This document shows, piece by piece, positions 49,621 through 61,302 of a stretch of DNA of 63,976 nucleotides. Source of the stretch: Chiloscyllium plagiosum (taxonomy: Eukaryota); assembly GCF_004010195.1 (NCBI RefSeq), contig NC_057718.1:68372425-68436400 (forward strand), read 5' to 3'. A model generated the notes under the pieces. That model did not search any database. It saw only the letters and a program-made list of their open reading frames with translations, and was not told where the DNA came from. Within the stretch, counting starts at the first letter, position 1. Each line of letters starts with the position of its first letter. The translations under genes were made by a program, and so were the position numbers.

Positions 49621-51377
49621 TGCTTCCTTAAATTGGGTCTCAGTTATCACCACAAAGATCAATTCCCCTAAGGCAATCTGTGACTGTAGCTCTGCACTCT
49701 CACTGCACGTATGTGAATGCAATTAACCCCTGATTTAGAATTCATTACTCTTCCTTACTTCAACTCCAAGTAGTGAATGAATTTAAATGAATGAGACTTT
49801 TTTGTCTGAATCTTATCAGACTCGTTATTGACTTTTTTTTCCAAGACTGAAGAATACACATTTTTAATACCTGTCCTTGTAACACGGTTTCTGATCCTGT
49901 GGATTATCCTCCTAGGATTTCCTTGCTCTCAAGGCTTGAATTTTCAAATTGGTGCAAAACGTTTTGGAGATGGATTATGCTACTTGACTCAGGAGATCTG
50001 GATATTATGAAAATAAAGTGAGTGACTGAGAATGCAGTTAGGGATTGCAGGTGTCTTTCTTTCATGCAGTATTCTGCTATATGGTATTATCAAAAGATGG
50101 AAAATATTCTGCTTTAACTTTTTTGACTAGGTCATTTTCTTGTAACAATTCTTTGTCCCACACCACTCAAGCATACCAAAATTGCTTCCCTTTATGTCTC
50201 TTATATCTTGTGTGTAATATGTACACCAAGCAAAACATTGACACTGATAATACTGTTGGATTTAGAAGTGCTAACTGACTATTTGAAAAAATTCATTTCA
50301 CCTAGGAGAAAGCTTCACTGAAATTTTTTTTTGCAAGTTACTTCTGAACTGCTGGAAATCTTTACAATTGCTTACACAACCTTCTAGAAATGTTAAGAAG
50401 TCAGGAATGCTTAAAGAATCATTATATACAAGTTATTACATTAAACCAAATGCAATACAGATTGCAATTTGTTCTGCAAATAATGCTCAAAAACTTATTA
50501 AGAAATAACAAGCATTAAAGCCAGATCAGGTCTAATATTATTTCTGTTTCATCTTAGGGTTACCAATCTGTCTATTTCAAATATGCCCAAATAGTTTGTA
50601 GTTTGTTATTTTTAAAATCAACAATTTACTATTGATCTAAATGGACTTCTGAACATTTATGAATTGTGAAATTTGAGACCTCTTAAGGATTTGACAATCT
50701 GATTTCTCCTTAATCTTCTGTGCATTTGGGAGAACTACCTACCATGCCTCTCCAAGTAAATCCCTGATGTCATTCCAGCGAGGCTGTTGAAAAGGACTGT
50801 TGACATCCTTCCTAATAATCTTGTCCAGAATCAGCCATCATTTTACGACTGGAATCTAACCAATATTTTTGTAGATTTAGTGTAGCTTCCTTGTTTTTGT
50901 ACTTACAATTTGCAAAACAAGTGATCCTGCATTTTTTTTAAAAGAAGCATTATGTACTTAAAAGATAAGTGACTAATCCCTGGTTTCTTTGTTACTGAAC
51001 ACTCAAAATTTTCTCTTCTATTGTTTCTCTTAATTTTTTTTCGATGTAAATTAATCACTTGACAATTTTCTGTATTAAATTTAATCAGTCTACTTCATTT
51101 GTCTATATTATTATTAGATTTGTTCCCACTCTATTTACTGCATTTTCGATTTTCATCTCATCTGGGAACTAAAATTATGCCCACAATATCTAACTCCAGG
51201 CTATAAATGTAAACCAGAAAGGGCAGTTGTCCAAAGACTGATATTTGGAGGGTATTACCAGAAGAACAATATTTTACCACACCTATCCCTTAGTGAATTT
51301 CAAATCCCTGCTGTCAGTGCCGTTATAAGCTCATAGAGTAAATTGATGAATACTGCATTCATTGGAAACCTATTTTT

Positions 51378-51605
51378 CAGTTTGCACATTCTCCCCATGT
51401 CTGCGTGGGTCTCTACCGGGTGCTCCAGTTTCCTCCCTCAGTCCAAAGATGTGCAGGTCAGGTGAATTGGCCATGCTAAATTGTCCATAGTGTTAGGTGG
51501 ATTAGTCAGAGGTAAATGTAGGGGAATGGGTGGGTTGCTCTTTGGAGGGTCGGTATGGACTTGGGCCGAAGGGCCTGTTTCCACACTGTAGGGAATCTAA
51601 TCTAA
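51378..51605 (+). mobile_element. HE1-type SINE, 5'-truncated
   Basis: SINE body plus tail gggaatctaatctaa. Confidence 0.9.
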
Positions 51606-52038
51606 ACTGCATTACAACAGCCAATGACAATATGTGGTGTTTTCTGTGAAGGTTTTATATTGAGCATTTGTAATTAGGTCATTTGTTTGGAACTATGCTT
51701 TATAAATCTGTCTGAGGCAACGGATAGGCCAGTAGGGCAATGGCCTGCCAATTATTGCCTGGAGTAAAATTCTTAAGATCTACTTTATTTTGTTTCATAT
51801 CCCAGCAAAATGTTACTAAAATCATTTGAAAATGATGAGTCATCCTCTTACAAAATTGGTGTGTGCCTCTTACTTTTGGCCTGTAGGTTAACAAGCAATT
51901 TGTCTCTAGCTAGCAGACCTGGAGCCATGAAAGATCAAAAACAGCATGTTTTCCTGTAGGCCTTGTCAGTATTGACATTTTTCATTTTCCTTTTTGTTAC
52001 TTTAAGCATGGATAACTTTTGCTGACATTCAGACCGTA

Positions 52039-55000
52039 TCATAGAGATATATAGCATGGAAACAGACTCTTCGATCCAACTCGTCCATGCCAACCAGATA
52101 GCCGAAACTAATCTAGTTCCATTTGCCTGAACTTGACCCATGTCCCTTTAAACCCTTCCTATTCATATACCCATCTCGATGCCTTTTTAAATGTTGTAAT
52201 TGCACCAGCCCCAATCATTTCCTTTGGTAGTTCATTCCATAAACGCACCACCCTCTGTGTGAGAAGTTGCCCTTTAGGTCCCTTTTAATTGTTCCCCTCT
52301 AACCCTAAACTTATGCCATATTGTTTTGGACTGCCACACCCCAGGGAAAAGACCTTGTCTATTTACCGTATCCATGCACCTCATGACTTTATAACCTCTA
52401 TAAGGTCACTTCTCAGCCTCTGATGCTCCTGCGAAAACAGCCCTAGTCTATTCAGCCTCTCCCTATAGCTCAAATTCTCCGACCCTGGCAACAACCTTGT
52501 AAATCTTTTCTGAGCCCTTTCAAGTTTCACAACATCTATCCAATAGGAGGGAGACCAGAATTGCACATAGTATACTAACAGTGGCCTAACCAATGTCATG
52601 TACAACCGCAATAGGATTTCCCAGTTCAATTTTCTGATTTATAACTGAAAGCATACAAACACCAGCTTCACTATCCCGACTACCTGTGACTCCACTTTCA
52701 AGGAACTATGAACCTGCACTCCAAGGTCTCTTTGTTTAGCAACACTCTCCAGGACCTAACCATAAAGTGTACAATGCCTAGTCTGATTTGCCTTTCCAAA
52801 GTTCAGCACCTCACATTTATCTAAGTTAAACTCCATCTACCACTCTTCTGCCCATAGGCCCATCTGATCACGATCCTGTTGTACTCTGAGGTAATCTTCT
52901 TTGCTGTCCACTACATCTCCAATTTTGGTGTCATCTGCAAACTTACTAACTATACCTCTTTTATGTTCACATCCAGATCATTTATAGAAATGACAAAAAT
53001 CCGTGTTCCCAGCACCGATCCTTGTGGCGCACATTGATCACAGGCTTCCAGGCAATCCTCCACCACCATCTGCTACCTTCTAGCTAGTTCTGTATCCAAA
53101 TGGCTAGTTCTCCCTTTATTCCATGAGATCAAATGATGCTCACCATTCTGTCATGAGGCACCTTGTTGAACGCCTTAATGAAGTCTATATAGAATCACTT
53201 CAACTGCTCTGCCCTCATCTATCCTCATTGTTACTTCTTCAAGAAACTCAATCAAGTTAGTGAGATATGATTTCCCATGCACAAAGCTATGTTAACTATC
53301 TCTAAACAGTCCTTGCCTTTCCAAATACATGTAAATCCTGTCCCTCAAGATTCCCTCCAAGAACTTGCCCACCACCAATGTCCGGCTCACCAGTTTATAG
53401 TTCCCTGGCTTTTCCTTGCCACCTTTCTTAAATAGTAGCATCACGTTAGCCAACCTCCAGTCTTCTGACATCTCGCCTGTGACTATCGATGATACAAATA
53501 TCTCGGCAAGGGGCCACAGAGTTTTAGAGTACACCTGATTGGTTCCTGGGGATTTATCCAGCTCTGTGCATTTTAAGACATCCAGCACCACCACCTCTCT
53601 GTTATGGGCATTTTTCAAGATGTCACCATCTATTTCTCCACATTCTATATCTTCCATTCCTTCTCCACAGTACACACTGATGCAAAATACTTGTTTAGTA
53701 TCTCCCCCATTTTCTGCGGCTCCACACACACCGGCAGTGTTGCTGATCTTTGAGTGGTCCTATTCTCTAGTTACTCTTCTCATCTTAACGCATTTATAGA
53801 ATCCCTTTGGATTCTGCTTAATCCTATTTGCCAAAGCTATCTCATGTCACCTTTTGCCCTCCTGATTTCCCTCTTAAGTATACTTCTACTATCTTTTGTA
53901 CTATCTAAGGATTCACTCGATGCCTGCTGTCTATAACTGACATATGCTGCCTTTTGTTTTCTTAACCAAAACTTCAATTTCTCCAGTCATCCAGCATTCC
54001 CTACACCTACCAGCCTTGCCTTTCACCCTAACGGGAAAATACTGTCTCTGGATTCTCGTGACTTCATTTTTTGAAGGCTTCACATTTTTCAGCATGTGAA
54101 CATCTGCCTCCAATCAACTTTTGAAATGTTTTGCCTAATACCATCAAAACTGGCCTTCCTCCAATTTAGAATTTCAACTTTTAGACGCTGTCTATCCATT
54201 TCCAACACTATTTCAAAACTAATAAAATTATGGTCACTGGCCCCAAAGTGTTCCTCCATTGGCACCTCAGTCACATGTCCTGCCATATTTCCCAAGGGTA
54301 GGTCAAGTTTTGCACCTTCTCTAGTAGGTACATCCATATACTGAATATACACCTTAATAAATTCCTCTCTATCTAAACCCTTAACACTATGGCAGTCCCA
54401 GCCTATGTTTGGAAAGGTAAAATCCCCTACTGTAACTAACCTATTATTCTTACAGATAACTGAAATCTTACAAATTTGTTTCTCAATTTACTGCTTACTA
54501 TTGGGGGATCTATATTACAATCCCAGTAAGGTGATAATCTCTTTCTTATTTCAGTTTCACCCAAATAACTTCCCTAGACATATTTCCAGGAATATCCTCC
54601 CTAAAAACAGCCATAATGCTATCCCTTTTCAAAAACTTCACTCCCTCTCCTTCCTTGACCCTCTTTCTATCCTTCTGAGAGCATTTGTATCCTGGAACAT
54701 TAAGCTACCAGTCCTGTCCATCCCTGAGTCACATTTCTGTAATTGCTATGATATCCCAGTCACATGTTCCTAACCATGTCCTGAGCTCATCTGCCTTTCC
54801 TCTTCGGCCTCTTGCATTGAAATAAATGCAGTTTAATTCACCGTGTTCTCTCCTTTGCTCCTGCCTGCTCTGATGGTTTGACCTGCTCCTTTTCCCAACT
54901 GTACCAGTCTCAGACTGATCTCTTTCCTCTCTCCCTGGGTCACCTCACCTTACTAGTTTACATCCTGCAGCTCTAGCAAATCATCCTGCCAGTATAGTAG

Positions 55001-56340
55001 TCCCCTTCCAATTCAGGTGCATTCCATCCTTCTTATACAGGTCATTTCTACCCCTGAAGAGATTCCAATGATCCAAAAATGGAAACCCTTCTCTCCTACA
55101 CCAGGAGCTATGCATTTATCTGTTCTACCCTCCTATTCCTACCCTCAGCTCGTAACACTGGGAGCAATTCTGATATTACTACTCTTGAGGACCTCCTTTT
55201 TAAATTCCTGTCTTAGTTCCTATATTCTCCCTTCAGAATCTCATCCTTTTTCCCTTCTGTGTTATTAGTTCCAATGTATGCAACAATCTCCTGCTGGTCC
55301 CACTCCCCTTTGAGAAGCTATCCTTAATCCTGGCACCAGGGAGGCAACATACCATTCTGATTTTTCATCTGTGCTTCTAACTAGAAAGTCCCCTGTCACA
55401 ATCTATCACTTTGAATGTGACATACCCCTTGTTACATTAGAGACAGCATCGGTACCAGAAACCTGGCTGTTTGTGCTTCATCCCCTGAGAGTCCATCTCC
55501 CCTACATTTTCCAAAATGGCATACTTGTTTGTGATGAAGTTAGCCACAGGAGACTGCTGCACTACCTGCCTCCCTCTCCTTTGTTTCCTGGAGTTAACAC
55601 ATCTACCTGACAGTATCTGTGGCTTTTCTCCCGCCCTATGTCACACACCCCAGATCCTGTAAATTTCTTATTGGTTCTGACTGCTGCTCCAACTGATCGA
55701 TGCGATCTGATAGGATTCGCAACCAAAGACACTTCCTGCAGACATACATCAATAACATGGAAACTCTCTCTAATCTCCCACATCCAACAGGAAGAGCACA
55801 TAACTCTATTAAAGGCCATCTTTACTCCTCCACTATCTACAGACCCAGAAAATAGCACTGTCTTATTGCTTTAAAAAAACACTGCTCCAGGCTAACATCG
55901 TGTTTGTATTTTTAAACTTAATCAAGAGACAGGTCTCAATAAAACACACAATCAAAAAAGAATCCACTCTACTCAGTATTGCAGATTTACAGCAAGGTTA
56001 CACTTAAAAACTATGCACATTTCTACTCCTGTGCTGTGAGCTCTCGCACATAGGTTCCTCCAAGGTCAGCTGTGAATTCCGCTGTTCATTTCTCCTAGAC
56101 ACACTCCGATGTCTGGAGATATTTGAACTCAAACAGCAAAGACGGTGACTGTGCAGATTCATTGCTGTGTCAGACAGCAGCCTGGGTTTCTTTCACTGTT
56201 TTAATCTTTCTTCCCCCAAAGTTTTAAAAAATGCAACAGCATGTAAAACAGTAATTACTGTTCCTGGAATTTGAGGAAATCACATCCAAAACCTAAAATA
56301 CCTCAAAGGAGCAGCTCTTAAAGCTGTAATTTTTCCCATT
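52039..56340 (-). mobile_element. Near full-length CR1 LINE (5'UTR, ORF1, ORF2 APE+RT, 3'UTR), decayed
   Basis: ORF1 start MAFNRVMCSSCWMWEIRE (55819). EN PTREGAKLDLPLGN..EHFGASDHN. RT EDWRLANV..LFKKGGKEKPGNY and YYVQFWSPSY. The 3' tail is at 52039; the 5' boundary is approximate. Confidence 0.92.
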
Positions 56341-56625
56341 ATTTTAAACTATTCCAAATTTAAGGGCATTTTGGGCTAATTCAGGAAATGTATGTATTCA
56401 CCGATCTGAAAGTAAAGGAGTAGGAATTATTTGTTTGCAGTACTACCTTTTGATGAATATTGGAATTGCTGTCAGCATATTTAGCTCCTCATTGGTTAAT
56501 CTTGAGTCTGAACTCAATTATCATAGAGTCCTATGTCATTGGAATTTAAGTTGCTGCCCCAAAATGTACTGTTATGTGCCCTATTAGAAACCAGTTTTAA
56601 TTTCTTTTATTTATATTTTTAACAG

Positions 56626-56786
56626 CTGTCCATTCCTAGCAGTTACCATCACACCTGTGATACCAGCGATTGCAGGAGTTTTGTTCTTTTTTGTGATGGG
56701 GACGTTGCTCCGTACAAGCTTCAGTGATCCAGGAGTTCTACCTCGCGCTACGCAAGATGAAGCAGCTGACCTGGAAAGACAGATAG
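56626..56786 (+). CDS. zdhhc14: Internal coding exon (equivalent to exon 2) of DHHC palmitoyltransferase ZDHHC14
   Basis: T-rich tract plus aacag| acceptor at 56625 and G|gtaac donor at 56787. The 161-bp exon (phase 2 in, phase 1 out) translates CPFLAVTITPVIPAIAGVLFFFVMGTLLRTSFSDPGVLPRATQDEAADLERQI, near-identical to my recollection of vertebrate ZDHHC14 TM2 plus the SDPG motif. The paralogues ZDHHC9/18 are less similar. Confidence 0.92.
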
Positions 56787-56880
56787 GTAACAGTGAAGGA
56801 CTGTCTTTCTGTTTCTGTCCACCTTTTACTATTCTAATAATCACTTGACACTACGGAACTTGAGTATTACTGAAAAAGAG

Positions 56881-57080
56881 CTGAAAATGCGTTGCTGGAA
56901 AAGCGCAGGTCAGGCAGCTTCCAAGGAACAGGAGAATCGACATTTCGGGCATAAGCCCTTCTTCAGGAATGCCCGAAACGTTGATTCTCCTGTTCCTTGG
57001 ATGCTGCCTGATCTGCGCTTTTCCAGCAACGCATTTTTCAGCTCTGATCTCCAGCATCTGCAGTTCTCACTTTCTCCTCC
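56881..57080. mobile_element. PLE family A fold-back mini-element, 94 bp downstream of the exon donor
   Basis: 16-bp TSD tattactgaaaaagag (56865-56880 / 57081-57096). About 72-bp inverted arms. Confidence 0.93.
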
Positions 57081-57989
57081 TATTACTGAAAAAGAGACCT
57101 ATTGTTGAAGCTTTTCAGCTTGATTTGATCAGGGCAGGTGCAAGAATGTCCTATTTCAAAGAGAACAATAGTTTATACTGCATGAGAAAAAAATGCTGAT
57201 TGGTTAGTAAAGGGACACTAGTCAAGATGCTGCACTCAAAGGGTCTGGGAATAGTTTAAGAAAATGCTGTTAAAGTAGAAGATCGACCATGGTCTAATTG
57301 AATGGTAAAATGAGCTTAATGGACTGAATGAACTACCGTTCTATTTCCTCTGTTCCTATGAGCAGTTGACCTCATGCTTTTATTTAATTCAAAAAAGACA
57401 GTGACAGGATTTGTGCTTTCTCCGCAAAGGACAGTTCTTTACATATGAATATATGTACCTTCTAGCAAATGTAAGTGAGCCATATTATGAGCCCAACTGA
57501 TCTTAAATTGCTGGTTATTCACAAACCTAATTGTTTAAAAGTGCTGTCAAATTGTGGAATTGTAACTAACATTAGATGTTACAAGTTTTGCAAGCACAGG
57601 CTGATTAAATAGTTTGCCGATTGTCAACAATTGAAGGAGCATCCTGATTCACCCGTACATCCAAGTGTATGGATCTATGCTCCATTGAGGCATTGCACCT
57701 TCTTTAAATTATTGTGCCATCATACTTGGTTTAATTCACAGGTGCATTCTTTGCGGTAATGTCTCAACCAAACAATCAGCACCCTTTTTCACTAATTTCA
57801 ATTTCAGCTAAATTGTTGTTCCCTAAATAATTTGGCATTCTTGTATCTGTGGTGATCAATACAATATCAAGACTGGAATACTGGTAGTGTAAGAGGCAGC
57901 TAGGGGTACATTTTCCTAGGTTGTGTTCAGGAGAGTTTCCCATAGCAGCGTGTGTCTCGTCCTACAAGAAAGTATACATTAATTAAAAT

Positions 57990-58309
57990 AGATCCCCTAC
58001 AGTGTGGAAACAGGCCCTTCGGCCCAACAAGTCCACACCCAACCTCCGAAGAGCAACCCACCCAGACTCATTCCCCTACATTCACCCCTGACTAATGCAC
58101 CTAACAATACAGGCAATTTAGCATGGCCAATTCACCTAACCTGCACACCTTTGGACTGGGGGAGGAAACCGGAGCACCCGAAGGAAATCCATGCAGACAC
58201 TGGGAGAATGTGCAAACTCCACACAGACAGTTGCCCGAGGAGGGAATTGAACCCAGGTCCCTGGCGCTATGAGGCAGCAGTGCTAACTCACTGAGCCACC
58301 GTGCTGCCC
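57990..58309 (-). mobile_element. HE1-type SINE, full length
   Basis: Reverse complement of the 37104-37400-type SINE. Confidence 0.94.
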
Positions 58310-58476
58310 TCTACCTCAACTTGGGAATGAGGTGGCCAAGTGAGTTGTCTGTAGGGTTTCAATTAGATGATTGTATAATAAGGTTCAGGATAGTGGTGGT
58401 GAATGACAACATAAAATCCAGAGTAAGAAAAATCACTTGATGGAAAGCTGACTTAAATGGGGCAAGAAGAGAGATG

Positions 58477-59695
58477 AGGAGAAAGTGAGGTCTGCAGATG
58501 CTGGAGATCAGAGCTGGAAATGTGTTGCTGGAAAAGCGCAGCAGGTCAGACAGCATCCAGGCAACAGGAGAATCGACGTTTCGGGCATAAGCCCTTCAGG
58601 NNNNNNNNNNNNNNNNNNNNNNNNNNNNNNNNNNNNNNNNNNNNNNNNNNNNNNNNNNNNNNNNNNNNNNNNNNNNNNNNNNNNNNNNNNNNNNNNNNNN
58701 NNNNNNNNNNNNNNNNNNNNNNNNNNNNNNNNNNNNNNNNNNNNNNNNNNNNNNNNNNNNNNNNNNNNNNNNNNNNNNNNNNNNNNNNNNNNNNNNNNNN
58801 NNNNNNNNNNNNNNNNNNNNNNNNNNNNNNNNNNNNNNNNNNNNNNNNNNNNNNNNNNNNNNNNNNNNNNNNNNNNNNNNNNNNNNNNNNNNNNNNNNNN
58901 NNNNNNNNNNNNNNNNNNNNNNNNNNNNNNNNNNNNNNNNNNNNNNNNNNNNNNNNNNNNNNNNNNNNNNNNNNNNNNNNNNNNNNNNNNNNNNNNNNNN
59001 NNNNNNNNNNNNNNNNNNNNNNNNNNNNNNNNNNNNNNNNNNNNNNNNNNNNNNNNNNNNNNNNNNNNNNNNNNNNNNNNNNNNNNNNNNNNNNNNNNNN
59101 NNNNNNNNNNNNNNNNNNNNNNNNNNNNNNNNNNNNNNNNNNNNNNNNNNNNNNNNNNNNNNNNNNNNNNNNNNNNNNNNNNNNNNNNNNNNNNNNNNNN
59201 NNNNNNNNNNNNNNNNNNNNNNNNNNNNNNNNNNNNNNNNNNNNNNNNNNNNNNNNNNNNNNNNNNNNNNNNNNNNNNNNNNNNNNNNNNNNNNNNNNNN
59301 NNNNNNNNNNNNNNNNNNNNNNNNNCGAAGGAGTTGGGAGAATGGGATGGCGTTTTTACATGGGGCAGGATGGGAGGAGGTGTAGTCCAGTTAGCTGTGG
59401 GAGTCGGTCGGTTTGTAGTAGATGTCCGTGTTGATTCGGTCGCCTGGGATAGAAATAGAAAGGTCGAGGAAGGGGAGGGAGGAATCTGAGACTGTCCAGG
59501 TGAATTTGAGGTCGGGGTGGAAGGTGTTAGTGTAGTGGATGAACTGTTCAACCTCCTCGTGGGAGCAAGAGGCGGCGCCGATACAGTCATCGGATGTAGC
59601 GGAGGAAAGGTGGGGGGTGGGGCCAGTGTAGTTGCGGAAGATGGATTGTTCCACATATCCTACGAAGAGGCAGGCATAGCTGGGGCCCATGCGGG
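58477..59695 (-). mobile_element. Longer PLE family A copy spanning an N gap (58601-59325): RT core to 3' terminus
   Basis: MGPSYACLFVGYVEQS..DDCIG..FHPDLKFTW..LPFLDL..TDIYYKPTDSHS is Penelope RT. The family A terminus lies left of the gap. 9-bp TSD agagagatg (58468-58476 / 59696-59704). Confidence 0.88.
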
Positions 59696-60147
59696 AGAGA
59701 GATGGTCAGGATTTACTGGTTGTTGGGAAATTCACTAAGTGAACAATGGGCTGCCTTAAATGAGCAGATGATGTGGGTCCAATTGAGGTATATTCCCTCA
59801 TTTGGGAAAGATAGGACCGACAAATCCAGAAATCCCTGGATGACAAAGGAGGTAGAATTAACATCAGAAAGAAAATTTGTGATAATGGCAAGTTGAAAAT
59901 ACAATTGAGAACGAAGTAGAACACTGAAAGTTTAGAGAGATAATTATTAAGCAAATAAGAGAAGCAAAGAGTAATCCCAGTATCTTTTATAGGCATATAA
60001 GTATTAAAAGTAGCTCTGAACCAGGAGACCTGGGTCCAAGTACCACGTGCTTTAGAGGTATGTAATATCTCTGATCAGGCCACATTTTAGAGTATTGTGT
60101 GTAGTTTTGGGCCCCATATCTCAGGAAGGATGTAATGGTCCTGGAGC

Positions 60148-61302
60148 GTGTTCATTCATTGTGGTAGAGTCTGCATGGTCTCACCAATATGTCATGCCTC
60201 AGGGCATCCTTGTCTGCAGCATATAACGTAGACCACATTGGCCGAGTCATGAGTGTCTGCTGTGTATGTGATGGCTGTTGTTCCCATGTGTGATGGTCGT
60301 ATCCATGCAGATGCTACACCAACAGATGATTGGATTCCATGCAGCAATTGCCAGACAGGAATGTTTTCTCCCATTCGGGGAACATTCCAGCTGTTTAGGA
60401 CATTCAGCCTCCGATCCTTGGGTAAGCGTCCTCCAAGTTGGACTTTGGGATACATAACAACGCAGAAGTGCAGAATAGAAACTGATAGTCAAGTTTCATA
60501 TCGATAAAGACTGCCTCAATTGTGACCTTGGGTTCATGCTGTGCTACATGTGAGCCCACCACACTATTCTATACCAGTAAAATCTTGCTTACTGTCCTGT
60601 TTTGACACCATGACCTTGATAAATTGTTATGATCTCTTTACCTTTAGTTAGTTTGTACAATTTTGGATTACTTGTTTGGTTAGATCCTTGACATGCGACT
60701 GTTATACCTGTTATGTTTTTCCAGAGTGTTTCCAACACCACCTTATTTTTTAAGATTTTGTAATTATCTCTCTGCCTTATTTAATTGGATGATAGCTCAT
60801 CGCTTTGCTTGTTATTCAGTTGTTGACTAGGAGAAAGTGGACTGCAGATGCTGTACAATCAGATGAAAGGTGTGGTGCTGGAAAAGCACAGCAGGCCCGC
60901 CAGCATCCGAGGGGCAGGAGAGTCAACGTTTTGGGCATAAGCCCTTCATCAGGAGGGCTCATGCCCTAAATGTCAACTATCCTGCTCCTCGGATGCTGCC
61001 TGACCTGTGCTTTTCCAGCACCATGCTGTTTGCTTCAGCTGTTGACCCTTTACTCACACCATCTGACACTCTTGGTCACCTGCAGAGACTTATTGTTCGA
61101 CACTTCACTCACACCAGTTGTATAATCTTTTGATCTCTCTGCCTATAAATTCTGTGTCTGTGTGCTCTACTCTCTCACTTCACCTGACAAAGGGGGCTGT
61201 GCTCCAAAAGCTTGTGATTTCACATAAACCTGTTGGACTATAACCTGATGCTGTGTGACTTCTGACTTTGTCCACCTCAGTCCAACACCGGCATCTCCAC
61301 AT
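60148..61302 (+). mobile_element. PLE family B parent fragment: GIY-YIG endonuclease (N-half inverted) plus 3'UTR and family B terminus
   Basis: (-) 60148-60330 DSANVVYVICCRQGCPEA*HIGETMQTL. (+) 60338-60553 AIARQECFLPFGEH..GHSASD..LNCDLGFM. Ends cagtccaacaccggcatctccacatc. Confidence 0.82.
60828..61033. mobile_element. PLE family A fold-back mini-element nested in the family B UTR
   Basis: 13-bp TSD ttcagttgttgac / ttcagctgttgac (60815-60827 / 61034-61046). Confidence 0.85.

Larger units (their letters stand above)
57870..60005 (+). mobile_element. Degenerate CR1 ORF2 fragment hosting an HE1 SINE and a PLE
   Basis: FLGCVQESF..VSRPTR. WKADLNGARRE|MVRIYW rejoins across the PLE. NPWMTKE. Confidence 0.65.

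Noticed and set aside
56657..56848. Standalone 63-aa membrane protein ORF
   Set aside because: It is the ZDHHC14 exon reading past the GT donor into intron, and it has no ATG start at 56657.
58485..59656. Long ORFs of 300-380 aa (also 39947-40724 and 8539-8884)
   Set aside because: They are artefacts of translating through N gaps and simple repeats.
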